Source: a virus | UHGV virus genome: UHGV-1374897 | Length of the DNA: 64,000 nt | Reading direction: 5' to 3' (one strand) | Shown: positions 8,285 to 17,914 of the stretch, in pieces | Position numbering within the stretch: the first letter of the stretch is position 1 | Layout of the letters: each line of letters opens with the position of its first letter | The notes under the pieces: model-generated | Seen by the model: the letters and a program-made list of their open reading frames with translations, nothing else | The model's database searches: none | What the model was told of the DNA's origin: nothing | Position numbers and translations under genes: made by a program

Positions 8285-8368
8285 GTAAATGTAAATGTAA
8301 ATGTTCCATGTGGAACAATCCGGCAATCGGGCAATCGGGCAATCCGGCAATCGGGATTCCGGATTCCG
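8285..8368. repeat. Repeat cluster: (TGTAAA)3, palindrome GTTCCATGTGGAAC (8303-8316), (GGCAATCGG)4 tandem, (GGATTCC)2
   Basis: Directly visible tandem repeats; the palindrome is identical to 4135-4148. Confidence 0.85.
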
Positions 8369-8759
8369 GGGTTGTGGTGGGATAGCGGGTTCAACGGGTT
8401 CCGTTGTTGCTATCGGGTTCCGGGGGTGCAACAATATGACGTACAAGATATAGGGGTTTTACATTTTTGTAAAACTATTAGTCCAATACTTGACTATTAA
8501 TGAGGGAAGGATACCTATACCCCTATGGGTATGGCTTGTATGTTGTTGATACTTAACCAGTACCAGACCGGACAATTTAAGGGCAAGACCGTGCCCCTTT
8601 TCTGCCTTCTCCAGCGCCTTCAATTTCAATCCCTATCGGAATAGTAGGAAAACCAAAACCCCGATTTTGCATTATATGTATTATGCGAAGTATGGAAGCG
8701 GATTCCTTTGAGCATCAATGAGTTACGCATATCAGGGTGCCAGTGGGAAACAGACTTTG

Positions 8760-9040
8760 CATCCCCGGATTCCATGGAGACCTACAGACCACTTCATACC
8801 ATAAGTTTCTTATCATCAGACGGTTGCAACAGATTCCGGGGATTCAATGGGTTGCATGCCGTACCGTTCCCGTGACGAGGGCGGGAGCAGTCCATGGCAG
8901 GCGGCATACCGTTTCCGTTGCAATACGGGGACCTATCATACCGATTCCGCTACAGGTGGGGGGATAGGCAGGCCGCTGAAACATACTGATTCCGGTGCAA
9001 TCAGGGCAAAAAGGTTCCGTGATGCACCGATTCCGTGGGT
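8760..9040. repeat. Iteron-like array: at least 6 degenerate copies of (C/T)GATTCCG(N)TGCAAT-like sites spaced about 40-60 bp apart
   Basis: gattccgggg (8832), gtttccgttgcaatacgg (8910), ccgattccgctacagg (8942), ctgattccggtgcaatcagg (8988), ccgattccgtgggtatagg (9028). Confidence 0.5.
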
Positions 9041-9177
9041 ATAGGGGGAAACTGGATGCCAAGGAAATCCAAACACCACCACGGTTTCCCAGGCTCCGGG
9101 GTTGCACGCGGCCCATAGTAAATAGTTGGGTCAAATTTTTTCCGTGGGGTACGGGGGAGGGGGTACCCTTCTGGGCA

Positions 9178-9303
9178 TGTCAAGCAAAATCGACACGCGG
9201 CCGTTCCACGGGCGGGATATACTTCTGGTCTGTTTCAGCCTCATCTGGTCTGCACCTTATCTCCGACTTGTCAAGCAAAATCGACACGCGGCCGTTCCAC
9301 GGG
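9178..9303. repeat. Perfect 35-bp direct repeat TGTCAAGCAAAATCGACACGCGGCCGTTCCACGGG (9178-9212 and 9269-9303, period 91 bp)
   Basis: Exact duplicate. The overlapping plus-strand ORFs 8995..9390 and 9126..9320 merely translate the repeat (SKIDTRPFHG twice) and are probably not genes. Confidence 0.85.
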
Positions 9304-10228
9304 GGGACGTATCGACCTAGAAGGCGGGCATACTCTTCGGGCAAATTTACTAGAGTGTGGCGGGGTATAGGTAGCGAGATGGTACATTAGTCATGAAACA
9401 GGAGATAGGGCACTACCATCGACCAAATTTGCGCACGGCGGGCATAATGCGAGGGAGCGGCTCTCACGGATTTGGCGGTAAAGAAAAAGCCCGCAGGTAG
9501 CTTGACGAGACTACCCACGGGCGTAACTATGGAAAATGCCTGTAGAAAGGAGAGTGTTTGGTCCGCTCCTGTGGCGAGCAAGTTCCTTGCTTGGGATAGC
9601 CAGAAGCATTGAGCTTAGCTGGTTCGGTTGCCGTTCGGAGCGAACAGGTGCAACATATCACATCAGGGGAGAAAGTCAAGAGGAAATCAGCGTGATGGAC
9701 GCGTTTACGAATTTAATCCAGTGTGGCGAGGTAGAAGGAGGGGATGGGGTCCGGGTGGATAGTTGTAGCGGAGGGATGGTTGCGGCGCGTTCTAGGGTAG
9801 GACCCTCGATTAAATTCAGGGGATTTGGGGATTGTCTGTCATGTGCAACCCGTTTGGCCAATATACAAAGTTCTTGACATTTGTTTAGGGTGTGCTATCC
9901 TACGCCAGTTCGTAAGCATTGCAGAACGGCAAGAACCACGGCGTTTAATAGGTTCTGCCACCAAGACAATGCACCAATCCCAAGGCGACGGACTACATTT
10001 GTTTGTAGGTGTTGATGGAACCCCGGAGGCAGGTTTATCCTGTTTCCGGGGTTTTCTTTTACCCAATAGCCTCAAAATCAAGGTAAGCGATTGAGAATTA
10101 AAATCATAGTAGGAAGACATTAAGGTTAAGGAGCTTGCTCTCCTATAACTGACCTTGAAGGCATTACCAATGTTTAACACAGGTTCGGCTCTTCATAAGT
10201 CGTTGAGAATCAGTAAAACCCCCTTCGG

Positions 10229-10714
10229 CTAACAGAGTTTAACAGAGGCCTAACATTGGCTCTGTGATAGTTAAGTGCTTTAGATTGAACCGCTTCTGAA
10301 ATCCTAACACTTAACATTGATACCATTGAATATTATATACGTATATAGGGAACCCTATACCCCTTTTCTTATAAAAAAATATTAAAAATAAATATGTATT
10401 ATGTTATGTTATTTTAGAAAAAAGGACGCTACTACCGTTTCACTATCAATCACTTATGACCTAACAATAACTAATTGACACCTCTGTTAGCCCCGGAACC
10501 CACGGAACCCAGAATCCACGGAATAACAGAAGCAAGTTCCTCATAATCAATGGACTTCTCAAATCCTAACAGAGGTGTCAAAAACTTATCAATCAGCCGA
10601 AAACTCTGTTAGGGTCTGTGTTAAAACGAGCAACCTCAATAGGTTACAACTACCAAAGAATTGGAACAGAGGGCACCTTTGTCCCAATCCTAACACAATA
10701 ACACAATAACAGAC
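10229..10714. promoter_or_regulatory. Cluster of CTAACAGAG sites, including a 16-bp IR TTGACACCTCTGTTAG (10475-10490) / CTAACAGAGGTGTCAA (10566-10581), plus CACGGAAC repeats (10494-10525), upstream of the first replication-module gene
   Basis: Motif copies at 10229, 10241, 10482, 10566, 10604 and 10688. Confidence 0.45.
10323..10432. promoter_or_regulatory. AT-rich tract (candidate DNA-unwinding element)
   Basis: ttataaaaaaatattaaaaataaatatgtattatgttatgttattttagaaaaaag, in an otherwise roughly 50% GC genome. Confidence 0.4.
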
Positions 10715-10718
10715 CATC

Positions 10719-11594
10719 ATGACACAGTTTTTGAATTTTCACTTGACAGCCCGCGTCCTGTCTGCTACCGTGCCGTCGATGAATACATCAACACCACAAA
10801 ACACTAGTCGGACCGTCGAGGACCATGTGAACCAGTTTGTGCTGGAGTACATGCTCTATCTGCGGAGTTTCATGGATGAATATCCCATCGCAGGGGTATC
10901 TCCCCGCAACAGTTCATGTTGCGACGCCATCTACCTCGAAAATGATTCCCTCCCAATATATATACAGGGACCGGACAGTCGCCCGCTATCGTCTACGCCA
11001 TTGGTGGCTTTGCTTCAATATTTGGCAGAGCGGCCCTTCGTCCGGTTTACGCTTCCGACATTCTACCAGCTCCTGACCACAATATATGGTTCCCCGGTAA
11101 CCGAGACCCCATTCAACCGATTGCTCTGCGCATCCACGGTAGCCCTCGATATCGCGGATTCCGTGGGTTCCGAGGGTGCCATGTTCACGCTCGCGCCACG
11201 GGCTATGGACTTTGTACGGAACCTTCCCAAGAGCAAAGATACGGAGACCATCAAACTGATAGAAGAGAACTTCCATATCCCATGCCCCGTAGCCCAAGGT
11301 CCTGCGTCCAATTCCCACTTCATCTATTGGGAGGTGATGCCACAACTGACCACCGACACCGCGAGGCGATACCTGAAAGTGCTTCACTTCGCACAAGAAG
11401 GGAGACGTAGTCCCGTAGGTATTTTCGCCCTCCATCGTAATGAGGTCTATTCCCTTTCCAGCCTCATGTCCACCTTGCGCGAGATGAACGAGAGGCAACT
11501 TATTCAGTGGCCCAAAGAAGGCGAGAAGGAAAGCGCGGAGGCCCGTATAGAAGAATTTGAACCCGTCTTCGCAACTATTGAACCCAAGAAGTAA
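10719..11594 (+). CDS. hypothetical protein (291 aa)
   Basis: First plus-strand ORF after the non-coding region; no recognisable motifs. Confidence 0.55.
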   Translation: MTQFLNFHLTARVLSATVPSMNTSTPQNTSRTVEDHVNQFVLEYMLYLRSFMDEYPIAGVSPRNSSCCDAIYLENDSLPIYIQGPDSRPLSSTPLVALLQYLAERPFVRFTLPTFYQLLTTIYGSPVTETPFNRLLCASTVALDIADSVGSEGAMFTLAPRAMDFVRNLPKSKDTETIKLIEENFHIPCPVAQGPASNSHFIYWEVMPQLTTDTARRYLKVLHFAQEGRRSPVGIFALHRNEVYSLSSLMSTLREMNERQLIQWPKEGEKESAEARIEEFEPVFATIEPKK

Positions 11595-11599
11595 ACGCC

Positions 11600-14470
11600 G
11601 TGTCTATACCGGAAACAAAACTGACCGCCGTAGGCCTAACCAACGGACAACTCACCTATGATAAGGATAAATTCCCCAATGCCGGGGGATGCAACCATCC
11701 GAATCAAGTGAACCTTGCGGACGTGGAGAGCTTTTTCTCCGCGCCCGCCGGGGCTAAAATTCAGCCCCAGCTACTGCGTTGGAGGTTCTTCTCAACCATG
11801 TACGACATGAAGGAAGGGAGGGAGCCGCGAGTTTCTCTCCCCTCCCTCTTCACCCGTACCTATAAGAAGTGGGAAGACCAGGGGTGGCTACCTCTGGTGA
11901 AGCGGGCACTCCCTGCCTTCGTCCCCTCCGTCAAGTTCCTCGGTGCGCCCAAAGAGTTGGACGGCATGTACTTCTCCAATAAGAAGCAAGTCATGACCGA
12001 TTTCTATTCTTGGGAACATACCGGAATATTTGGGATAGATATTGACCGTGGCCATGATGGGAATACGGATGATGCGGATGCTCTCTTCTCCACTGCCCAA
12101 TCCATTCTTCCCACTATTCCCGGATTCCTCTTCGCATATACCAGCCCCAGCGGCGGGATTAAGGCGTTGTTCCGTATCTCCGCATCCTATACTCAAAAGC
12201 TCAACAACCCCGGAGCATCCACGGATTCCACGGATAAAACGGCTACCGAGGTTGCGGAGGAACTGCTGGACAAGCGTCTCCTTCTCCATAGTGCCATCTA
12301 CCACTATATCGCGGAGACCGTGGAATCCCGGACGGGACTATTCACGGACCCGCGATGCGATGACCCTGCACGTCTCCAATACATCTATTGGGGCCAGTAC
12401 ATCGCGCCGTTAGGGGATGAGGCTCCCTACTTTACCTTACCCTCTGACACCGAGGAACTGATTGCCAAGTATGGTAAGAAGAAAGCACCGAGGACCCGCT
12501 CCTGCAACCGTGAACTGCGCGAAGGCGAAGTGTTGCCGCAGGTGTTCCGCGACTTCGCTAACTGGTTGGAAAATAGAGGACACGAGCCGGAGGCGACCGC
12601 GGTACGTGAGATGCTTAGGACCAGACCGGATGGTAATAACCGTCTCTACAACTACTGCCCCTGTTGTAAGGAAGCATGTACCAATGCTCGCCAGAATACG
12701 GACCTCATGCTGGAAATCAACTTGGACTTCCCTCTTCAATCGTTCTTCTTCTGTCTTCACGGCTCCTGTCAGGACCGGAAGAAGGTGAAGCTCCCGATGC
12801 AGAAGTTGTGGAAGATATATACCACGGACCTCGAAGCCAGAGAGAACTACGAAAGCGAATGCGATGACAAGAACCAGTTGGAAGTCTATCCGTGGGCCAG
12901 TTCCCTTCCTCTGATGGAATGCGCACAACGTGGTCTTGACGTTAATAACCGAGGGACTAAAGGACTGCCTGAACGTAGTGAAATTGACTACAACGGATTG
13001 GCATACCTCCATGTGAAGAAGGATGGAACTCCGCGGATTACGATTGACAACCTCCGCATCATGTTGCAAGGCCTTGGCTACCTTCCCGTGCGCAACTTGT
13101 TGCGTGATTCCAATGAGTTGCTCGACCTCAATACAGGTAAGTTCTATAACACGGACAAGGACACGCTAGCCACACTCACCGCATGGTGGGAGAGGCTTAC
13201 GGATGGAGCACACACTCCGCTCAAGTATTTCTCCGACGCGTTCTATGCGCTCTGCCCTCGTGCCTCCTATCACCCGCTTGCCACTCTCGTTTGTTGTAAC
13301 GAATGGGACGGGCAGGACAGGTTGTCCGAGTACTTGAGCCTTCTTCCCATGAATCAGGAGCACCCGGTTCCCCAAGCCCCCGAAGGCATGGAGCCATTTA
13401 CTCCCGACACATGGAGAGATGCAGTTCTCACTACGTGGCTCGTCACCGTATGGCGACGGCTCATCCTCCATATCACCGGACGAGATTCCGAGATTCCGCA
13501 GAACTACATGCCCATCTTTGTCGGACCTCCCGCTACGGGTAAGGACAAGTGGGCAGACAACCTCTTCGGAAATATTAAGGGCTTAATGACAGACGTGCAG
13601 GACATGTCCTCCCAAGGTGTTGACCTCTCCATGCTTCTCTCCCAGTTGGTGGTGCTCAAGTGGTCCGAAGTGGATGACATCCTACAGAACCGCAAAATGA
13701 GTTCCCGCATTAAGAAGCTTATCACTTCCAACGCTTCTACGGACCGAAGGAAGTATGCGGAGAACCTGTCAGACTTCCAGCACATCGCCAGCTTCATTGG
13801 CTCTACCAACGATGACCAGCCGCTCATTGACCCCACAGGGAACCGTCGATTCATCCTCCTATATACGGGCTACCCGGAGACGCAGGAACGAGCCTTCGAT
13901 GCTACGTGGGAACGAGTGGACCGTATGATGGCTATTGACAAGGTACAGCTTTGGGCGCAGATTAAATACATCTCGGACCATGCGGGTCCCGGTGAATTTA
14001 CATGGAGAAAGCTTACCGACGTGTCGGAAGACTTCAACAAGGAATACGGTGTTGACCTTGGAAGTGAAGAATACCTCGCCAATATGGTTCGTCCGGTCGA
14101 TTACAAGTGTGACAAGACGAAGGATGGTTCTGACATTGCTAGGGCCTTCTATGAGCAAGTATCTACACCCAAGGCTCTTCTCCGGTACATTAAGGCGCAA
14201 CAACAGGATAGGGCCTTCCTCGACATCAAGGAACCCACGGCATCCGAGACTAAATCGTTTACGAACGCCCTCGGAAGCGTTTACGCTAACTGCAACGTGA
14301 ATGTCAAGTTCACGGATTCAACGCAGATTGTGCGTAAGAACACCTCCTTCCGTCGCATGACCTACTTAATGGTTGAGGACTGGTTGAGGGTTTTGGATGC
14401 GGAATCTAAGGAACGATGGTACGCAAGATTCCCTGAATGGAAGGAAAGAGACTTACATGTAGAACTGTAA
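11600..14470 (+). CDS. DNA primase-polymerase/helicase fusion (N-terminal AEP primase, Cys-rich zinc module, C-terminal SF3/D5-like helicase), GTG start
   Basis: AEP motif I IFGIDIDRGHDG and an SGG motif II; Cys cluster CPCCKEAC...CLHGSC; Walker A VGPPATGKDKW, Walker B LVVLKWSEVDD and motif C STND of SF3 helicases. Confidence 0.75.
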   Translation: MSIPETKLTAVGLTNGQLTYDKDKFPNAGGCNHPNQVNLADVESFFSAPAGAKIQPQLLRWRFFSTMYDMKEGREPRVSLPSLFTRTYKKWEDQGWLPLVKRALPAFVPSVKFLGAPKELDGMYFSNKKQVMTDFYSWEHTGIFGIDIDRGHDGNTDDADALFSTAQSILPTIPGFLFAYTSPSGGIKALFRISASYTQKLNNPGASTDSTDKTATEVAEELLDKRLLLHSAIYHYIAETVESRTGLFTDPRCDDPARLQYIYWGQYIAPLGDEAPYFTLPSDTEELIAKYGKKKAPRTRSCNRELREGEVLPQVFRDFANWLENRGHEPEATAVREMLRTRPDGNNRLYNYCPCCKEACTNARQNTDLMLEINLDFPLQSFFFCLHGSCQDRKKVKLPMQKLWKIYTTDLEARENYESECDDKNQLEVYPWASSLPLMECAQRGLDVNNRGTKGLPERSEIDYNGLAYLHVKKDGTPRITIDNLRIMLQGLGYLPVRNLLRDSNELLDLNTGKFYNTDKDTLATLTAWWERLTDGAHTPLKYFSDAFYALCPRASYHPLATLVCCNEWDGQDRLSEYLSLLPMNQEHPVPQAPEGMEPFTPDTWRDAVLTTWLVTVWRRLILHITGRDSEIPQNYMPIFVGPPATGKDKWADNLFGNIKGLMTDVQDMSSQGVDLSMLLSQLVVLKWSEVDDILQNRKMSSRIKKLITSNASTDRRKYAENLSDFQHIASFIGSTNDDQPLIDPTGNRRFILLYTGYPETQERAFDATWERVDRMMAIDKVQLWAQIKYISDHAGPGEFTWRKLTDVSEDFNKEYGVDLGSEEYLANMVRPVDYKCDKTKDGSDIARAFYEQVSTPKALLRYIKAQQQDRAFLDIKEPTASETKSFTNALGSVYANCNVNVKFTDSTQIVRKNTSFRRMTYLMVEDWLRVLDAESKERWYARFPEWKERDLHVEL

Positions 14471-14514
14471 GAGAAGGAGTTACAACTCCCTCAAAAATTT
14501 CTTCCAAAAACTTC

Positions 14515-14542
14515 TTGACAAAAATCTAATCTTTGATACATT
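14515..14542 (+). promoter_or_regulatory. sigma70-like promoter TTGACA-N16-TACATT, followed by a 5'-UTR stem-loop (GGGATT...AATCCC, 14555-14580)
   Basis: Consensus -35 and a TAnnnT -10; the same TGATACATT -10 context as the promoter at 20479. Confidence 0.5.
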
Positions 14543-14625
14543 GGCCTCGTCACCGGGATTCCGGGGCGGGGCCAATCCCGTTCCGCTAATCCCATAGAAT
14601 ACAACTAAGCAAACAAGCAACAAAC

Positions 14626-15012
14626 ATGACTACGACAACCGACGACAACATGGTCACCGAGTTGAAAGCTCTTGAATCCGAGCTTCGCTCACAGGTGGAA
14701 AAAGCCGAAGCGGAATTGAAGTCCCTTCGCAATAACCACAACCGCATTGTCAAGCTAATCAATCTCCTTGATGGTCTTGGCAACTTGATGAATAATACGC
14801 ACGTTACCACGGTTGCGGATTCCCCTCGCCCCGGCTATAGCAAGAATGGCAAGAAGCTGGGACGTCCGTCCAATGAACGTCTCGCCAACTTGAAGGCGCA
14901 GAACCAGAACCTCCGCGAACGTTGTGAACTTAGCCAGAAGCGCGACCAGCTGAACAAGGCCATTGACTCCCTTGATTGGATTATCGACTTGCAGGAAGAA
15001 GGTGAATACTAA
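14626..15012 (+). CDS. coiled-coil protein (128 aa)
   Basis: Heptad-like ELKALESELRSQVEKAEAELKSLRNN. Confidence 0.55.
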   Translation: MTTTTDDNMVTELKALESELRSQVEKAEAELKSLRNNHNRIVKLINLLDGLGNLMNNTHVTTVADSPRPGYSKNGKKLGRPSNERLANLKAQNQNLRERCELSQKRDQLNKAIDSLDWIIDLQEEGEY

Positions 15013-15024
15013 ATCTAACCTCTT

Positions 15025-15345
15025 ATGCCCAAAAGACTTATGACATTGGAAAACATGGACTACTCTCAAAGATTTAGGGATAACCTCGAGGACACGTTAG
15101 AGCAGATGCTTCCGGTTCTCTCATTCATACCCTTTGTCCTTACCCTAGTGGTTAAAGGGTATTCTCCTGAATATTCGTGGATGACGTGCTTCTTAGCGGT
15201 ACTCGGCAGTCACGTGCTTCAAATTCTCTTTGTTGTTACGGTGAACTCCATTCCGAAGAAGGATTCTTTCTTTTTCGGGGCGGTCGCCGCCGCTGGTTTC
15301 TACTTAGTCCCTATACTCTGCCTCTATAATGCGATGAAGAGCTAA
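15025..15345 (+). CDS. small integral membrane protein (106 aa, about 3 TM)
   Basis: Hydrophobic segments FIPFVLTLVV, CFLAVLGSHVLQILFVV and AAAGFYLVPILCLY. Confidence 0.5.
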   Translation: MPKRLMTLENMDYSQRFRDNLEDTLEQMLPVLSFIPFVLTLVVKGYSPEYSWMTCFLAVLGSHVLQILFVVTVNSIPKKDSFFFGAVAAAGFYLVPILCLYNAMKS

Positions 15346-15347
15346 TC

Positions 15348-15608
15348 ATGAAAGACCTAGCAGAATTATCCCCCTACATGGGCATCTATTACCTCTCCCT
15401 ATCTATGGGCTTTCTGGTCAATGGCATGCCCCTACTGAACTCCCTCATCTTCTCGCTCATTCTCGTCCTCATCGTTCTGTGGGTGTGGTCCTTCATCTAC
15501 ATCACCATCACGCACCTATTGAAACGGAGTAACCGGGACATGAACGTCAATATCTTTGGCCTCTCCGCAACATTGGTCACCCTCTTCTTCATTATCATAT
15601 CACTCTAA
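15348..15608 (+). CDS. small integral membrane protein (86 aa, 2-3 TM)
   Basis: Hydrophobic segments; immediately follows the previous gene. Confidence 0.5.
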   Translation: MKDLAELSPYMGIYYLSLSMGFLVNGMPLLNSLIFSLILVLIVLWVWSFIYITITHLLKRSNRDMNVNIFGLSATLVTLFFIIISL

Positions 15609-15611
15609 ACT

Positions 15612-15995
15612 ATGTACAACGAAATTGCAATCGCCGCCCAAACAGTTGATTCCCACTTCTCCTATATGGGATTAGAGGAATCAGCCGCTGACCTCCTGCG
15701 CCATCTTCTGTGGGAGATTGAAGAATACCGGGAAGCTGACGCGGAGGACCGCGTAAAGGAGGCAACCGACATCGCCATTCTCGCATTGCGCCTCGTCGCG
15801 GCGACCGGACGGGATGAAGGTTTCACCTTTGAGGATAGCGTACACCTTACAAACGAAAAATGCCGGGAAGTCGTGAACCGCATGAACCGTGCCGTGAAAC
15901 TGTACAAGAAGGACAGAACCGCCGGAATTCCTATGAGCACACCTCAAGAATACTACGCGCAAGCGAAGGAACAACTAAATACACCCAAACACTGA
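15612..15995 (+). CDS. MazG-like nucleotide pyrophosphohydrolase candidate (127 aa)
   Basis: Acidic E-x2-E-x-ExxE...D helix pattern (LLWEIEEYREADAEDRVKEATDIAILAL) reminiscent of the MazG/HisE fold. Confidence 0.35.
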   Translation: MYNEIAIAAQTVDSHFSYMGLEESAADLLRHLLWEIEEYREADAEDRVKEATDIAILALRLVAATGRDEGFTFEDSVHLTNEKCREVVNRMNRAVKLYKKDRTAGIPMSTPQEYYAQAKEQLNTPKH

Positions 15996-17914
15996 TGCAC
16001 GAAGAATTAGATAAGAACCCTATATCATTTTCACTGCCTCGCATTCCGGGGTATGAAATGGAGATTACAGACGACCAGACCAAACTCACAGGCGATACTC
16101 TTGCCGTTGACTTTGAAACATACTACGAGGGGAAATATTCCCTTAAGTTCATGGACCCGCATTCCTACTGTCTGGACCCACGGTTCGACGCATACATCAT
16201 GTCCGTCTATGACGGGAAGTATTGCTGGGTAGGACATCCGAAGGATTTTGACTGGGAGAAAACTACGAAGGACAAAACCCTTGTCGCGTTTAACGCCAGC
16301 TTCGACTATGCCGTTTACCTCTTCGCACTTCACGCGCCGGGGTCCAAGGGCATCCCATGTACTCCCAGTTTCCGGCCGCCCTTCAAGGAGTGGCTCTGTT
16401 CCCGTGCCGCTTCCAACTATCTCGCCATCTATGGCTCTCTTGACAAGATTGTCGCAAAACTTTGGGGAGTAGAGATTAGCAAGGAGGTCCGAGCCAAGGC
16501 CGAAGGCGTTGATTTCCGCAAGATGGAAGTCATCCCAGACGACATGAAGGAATACGTGGCGGGCGATAGTTACTACTGTCTCGCCGTGTGGGACAAGATG
16601 AAGAACTTCTGGCCGGAAGATGAACGGGAATGCTGGCTCAATACCTGCATCATGGGATGGCGCGGAGTTCCTACTTCCCGCCAGTATCTTCTTGACGGAT
16701 TGGAGAAACTCCATCAGGCGCAGGAGGAATACAAGGAAGCTATCCCGCTTGAAAAGAAACTCTCCATTCCCCAACTACGTAGAGCGTGCGAGGAACTGAA
16801 CATCCCGCCGCCGGAGACGACGAGTAAGGCCAGCGAACTATTTACGGACTGGCTGGAAGAGTATGGCCACCTCGTTCCGTGGGTAACTCTTATCGGGAAG
16901 TACAGGAGCGTGAACCGCATGATTAGCATTACCGAGCGTATGCTTTCCCGCGTCTATACTGACCATGAAGGGATAGAACGTCTCCCCTATACGCTGACCT
17001 ACTGTGGCGCAAGTACGGGTCGCTGGACTGCCGGGGGCGACAAGCTCAACCTGCAACAGCTTAACCGTGAAGACGTTCTGGGCTTTAACCAGCGCAACGC
17101 CATTCAAGCACCCGAAGGGTATAAGCTCGTGGTATGTGACTGGGCCGGGATTGAAGCACGTCTGACCGCTTGGCTCTGCGGGCAGGAGAAAATTCTTGAT
17201 ACCCTCCGTGCTGGTGAGAAGGACATCTATGCCGCTAACGCGAAAGGTTGGGGCCTCATCCCCGCGGATGTCAAGGACTTCAAACAGTACTGCAAGGAAA
17301 CTCCGGGGCAAGCGGACCTTCGTCAGCATGTGAAGGCGGGGGTACTTGCTTGCGGCTTTAGTGCTGGATGGGGGGCTATTCAACGCTCGAACCCCGGAAT
17401 GGACAGGGACCAGTGCCAAGCGATTGTGGACATGTACCGCAGTCGTAGCCCAGAAGTGGTAGCATGGTGGAGAGAGTTGGACGCGCTGGCCGCTCGTGGC
17501 TATCGTACCCCCTCTCATAGTTTTGCGCTCTCCCTTCCCTCTGGCCGGAAGCTCTATTATCGTAACTGTTACAAGAAACTCATTCAACCCAAGGACGGTC
17601 GTCGTCCCTATTTCGTAACCTGCGTCGATTTCGGATACAAGTCCTCCATTGTCAATACTAACCTCCTTAGCAACAATAACATCCAGTCAATCGCACGTGA
17701 CCTCATGGTCCGCACGTTCAATCGCTTGTGCAAGGAATTAGAGGGTGCGCAACCTATCCTTCTCGTGCATGACGAAGCCGTAGTGATGGTTCCGGCTGAC
17801 CATGCCGAGGAATACGCCCAGCGCATCGAACAGATAATGGAAGATACTCCCCAGTGGGCTTCTTCCCTTCCGCTCCTTGCCGAACCTGAAATCATGGACA
17901 AGTATCGCAAATGA
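15995..17914 (+). CDS. family-A DNA polymerase with 3'-5' exonuclease domain (start probably at the ATG at 15995, MHEELDK..., in frame with the longer 15860 ORF)
   Basis: Exo I DFETYYEG and Exo II FNASFDYAVY; pol motif A VVCDWAGIEARL; motif B RQHVKAGVLACGFSAGWG; motif C LLVHDEAVV. Confidence 0.85.
   Translation: MHEELDKNPISFSLPRIPGYEMEITDDQTKLTGDTLAVDFETYYEGKYSLKFMDPHSYCLDPRFDAYIMSVYDGKYCWVGHPKDFDWEKTTKDKTLVAFNASFDYAVYLFALHAPGSKGIPCTPSFRPPFKEWLCSRAASNYLAIYGSLDKIVAKLWGVEISKEVRAKAEGVDFRKMEVIPDDMKEYVAGDSYYCLAVWDKMKNFWPEDERECWLNTCIMGWRGVPTSRQYLLDGLEKLHQAQEEYKEAIPLEKKLSIPQLRRACEELNIPPPETTSKASELFTDWLEEYGHLVPWVTLIGKYRSVNRMISITERMLSRVYTDHEGIERLPYTLTYCGASTGRWTAGGDKLNLQQLNREDVLGFNQRNAIQAPEGYKLVVCDWAGIEARLTAWLCGQEKILDTLRAGEKDIYAANAKGWGLIPADVKDFKQYCKETPGQADLRQHVKAGVLACGFSAGWGAIQRSNPGMDRDQCQAIVDMYRSRSPEVVAWWRELDALAARGYRTPSHSFALSLPSGRKLYYRNCYKKLIQPKDGRRPYFVTCVDFGYKSSIVNTNLLSNNNIQSIARDLMVRTFNRLCKELEGAQPILLVHDEAVVMVPADHAEEYAQRIEQIMEDTPQWASSLPLLAEPEIMDKYRK

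Noticed and set aside
8310-8368. Possible CRISPR array (short tandem GGCAATCGG repeats)
   Set aside because: The repeats are 8-9 bp and directly adjacent with no unique spacers of comparable length, so this is a microsatellite-like tandem repeat, not a CRISPR array
8995-9877. Plus-strand ORFs 8995..9390, 9126..9320 and 9536..9877 as genes
   Set aside because: Two of them merely translate the 35-bp direct repeat. All overlap multiple equal-length ORFs on both strands and have no promoter or RBS context. The region is judged non-coding
8152-10718. tRNA genes in the non-coding region
   Set aside because: I scanned for GGTTCGANTCC-type T-loops and acceptor-stem pairing. Only weak partial matches turned up (for example around 10275-10300), none with a full cloverleaf. 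A tRNAscan-SE run is needed to be sure
11888-13069. Minus-strand ORFs (138 and 210 aa) inside the primase-helicase gene, and similar long antisense ORFs inside the polymerase (16031..17587), Cas4-like gene (19241..19909), terL (22455..23681), 25737..26642, scaffold (29360..30400), capsid (30829..31998), 38155..39264, 40927..41997, 50040..51581 and the giant gene (55504..60180)
   Set aside because: Each is antisense to a longer ORF that carries recognisable catalytic motifs or fits the operon, and each has Arg/His/Gly-rich low-complexity translation. GC-rich phage genes routinely produce such shadow ORFs
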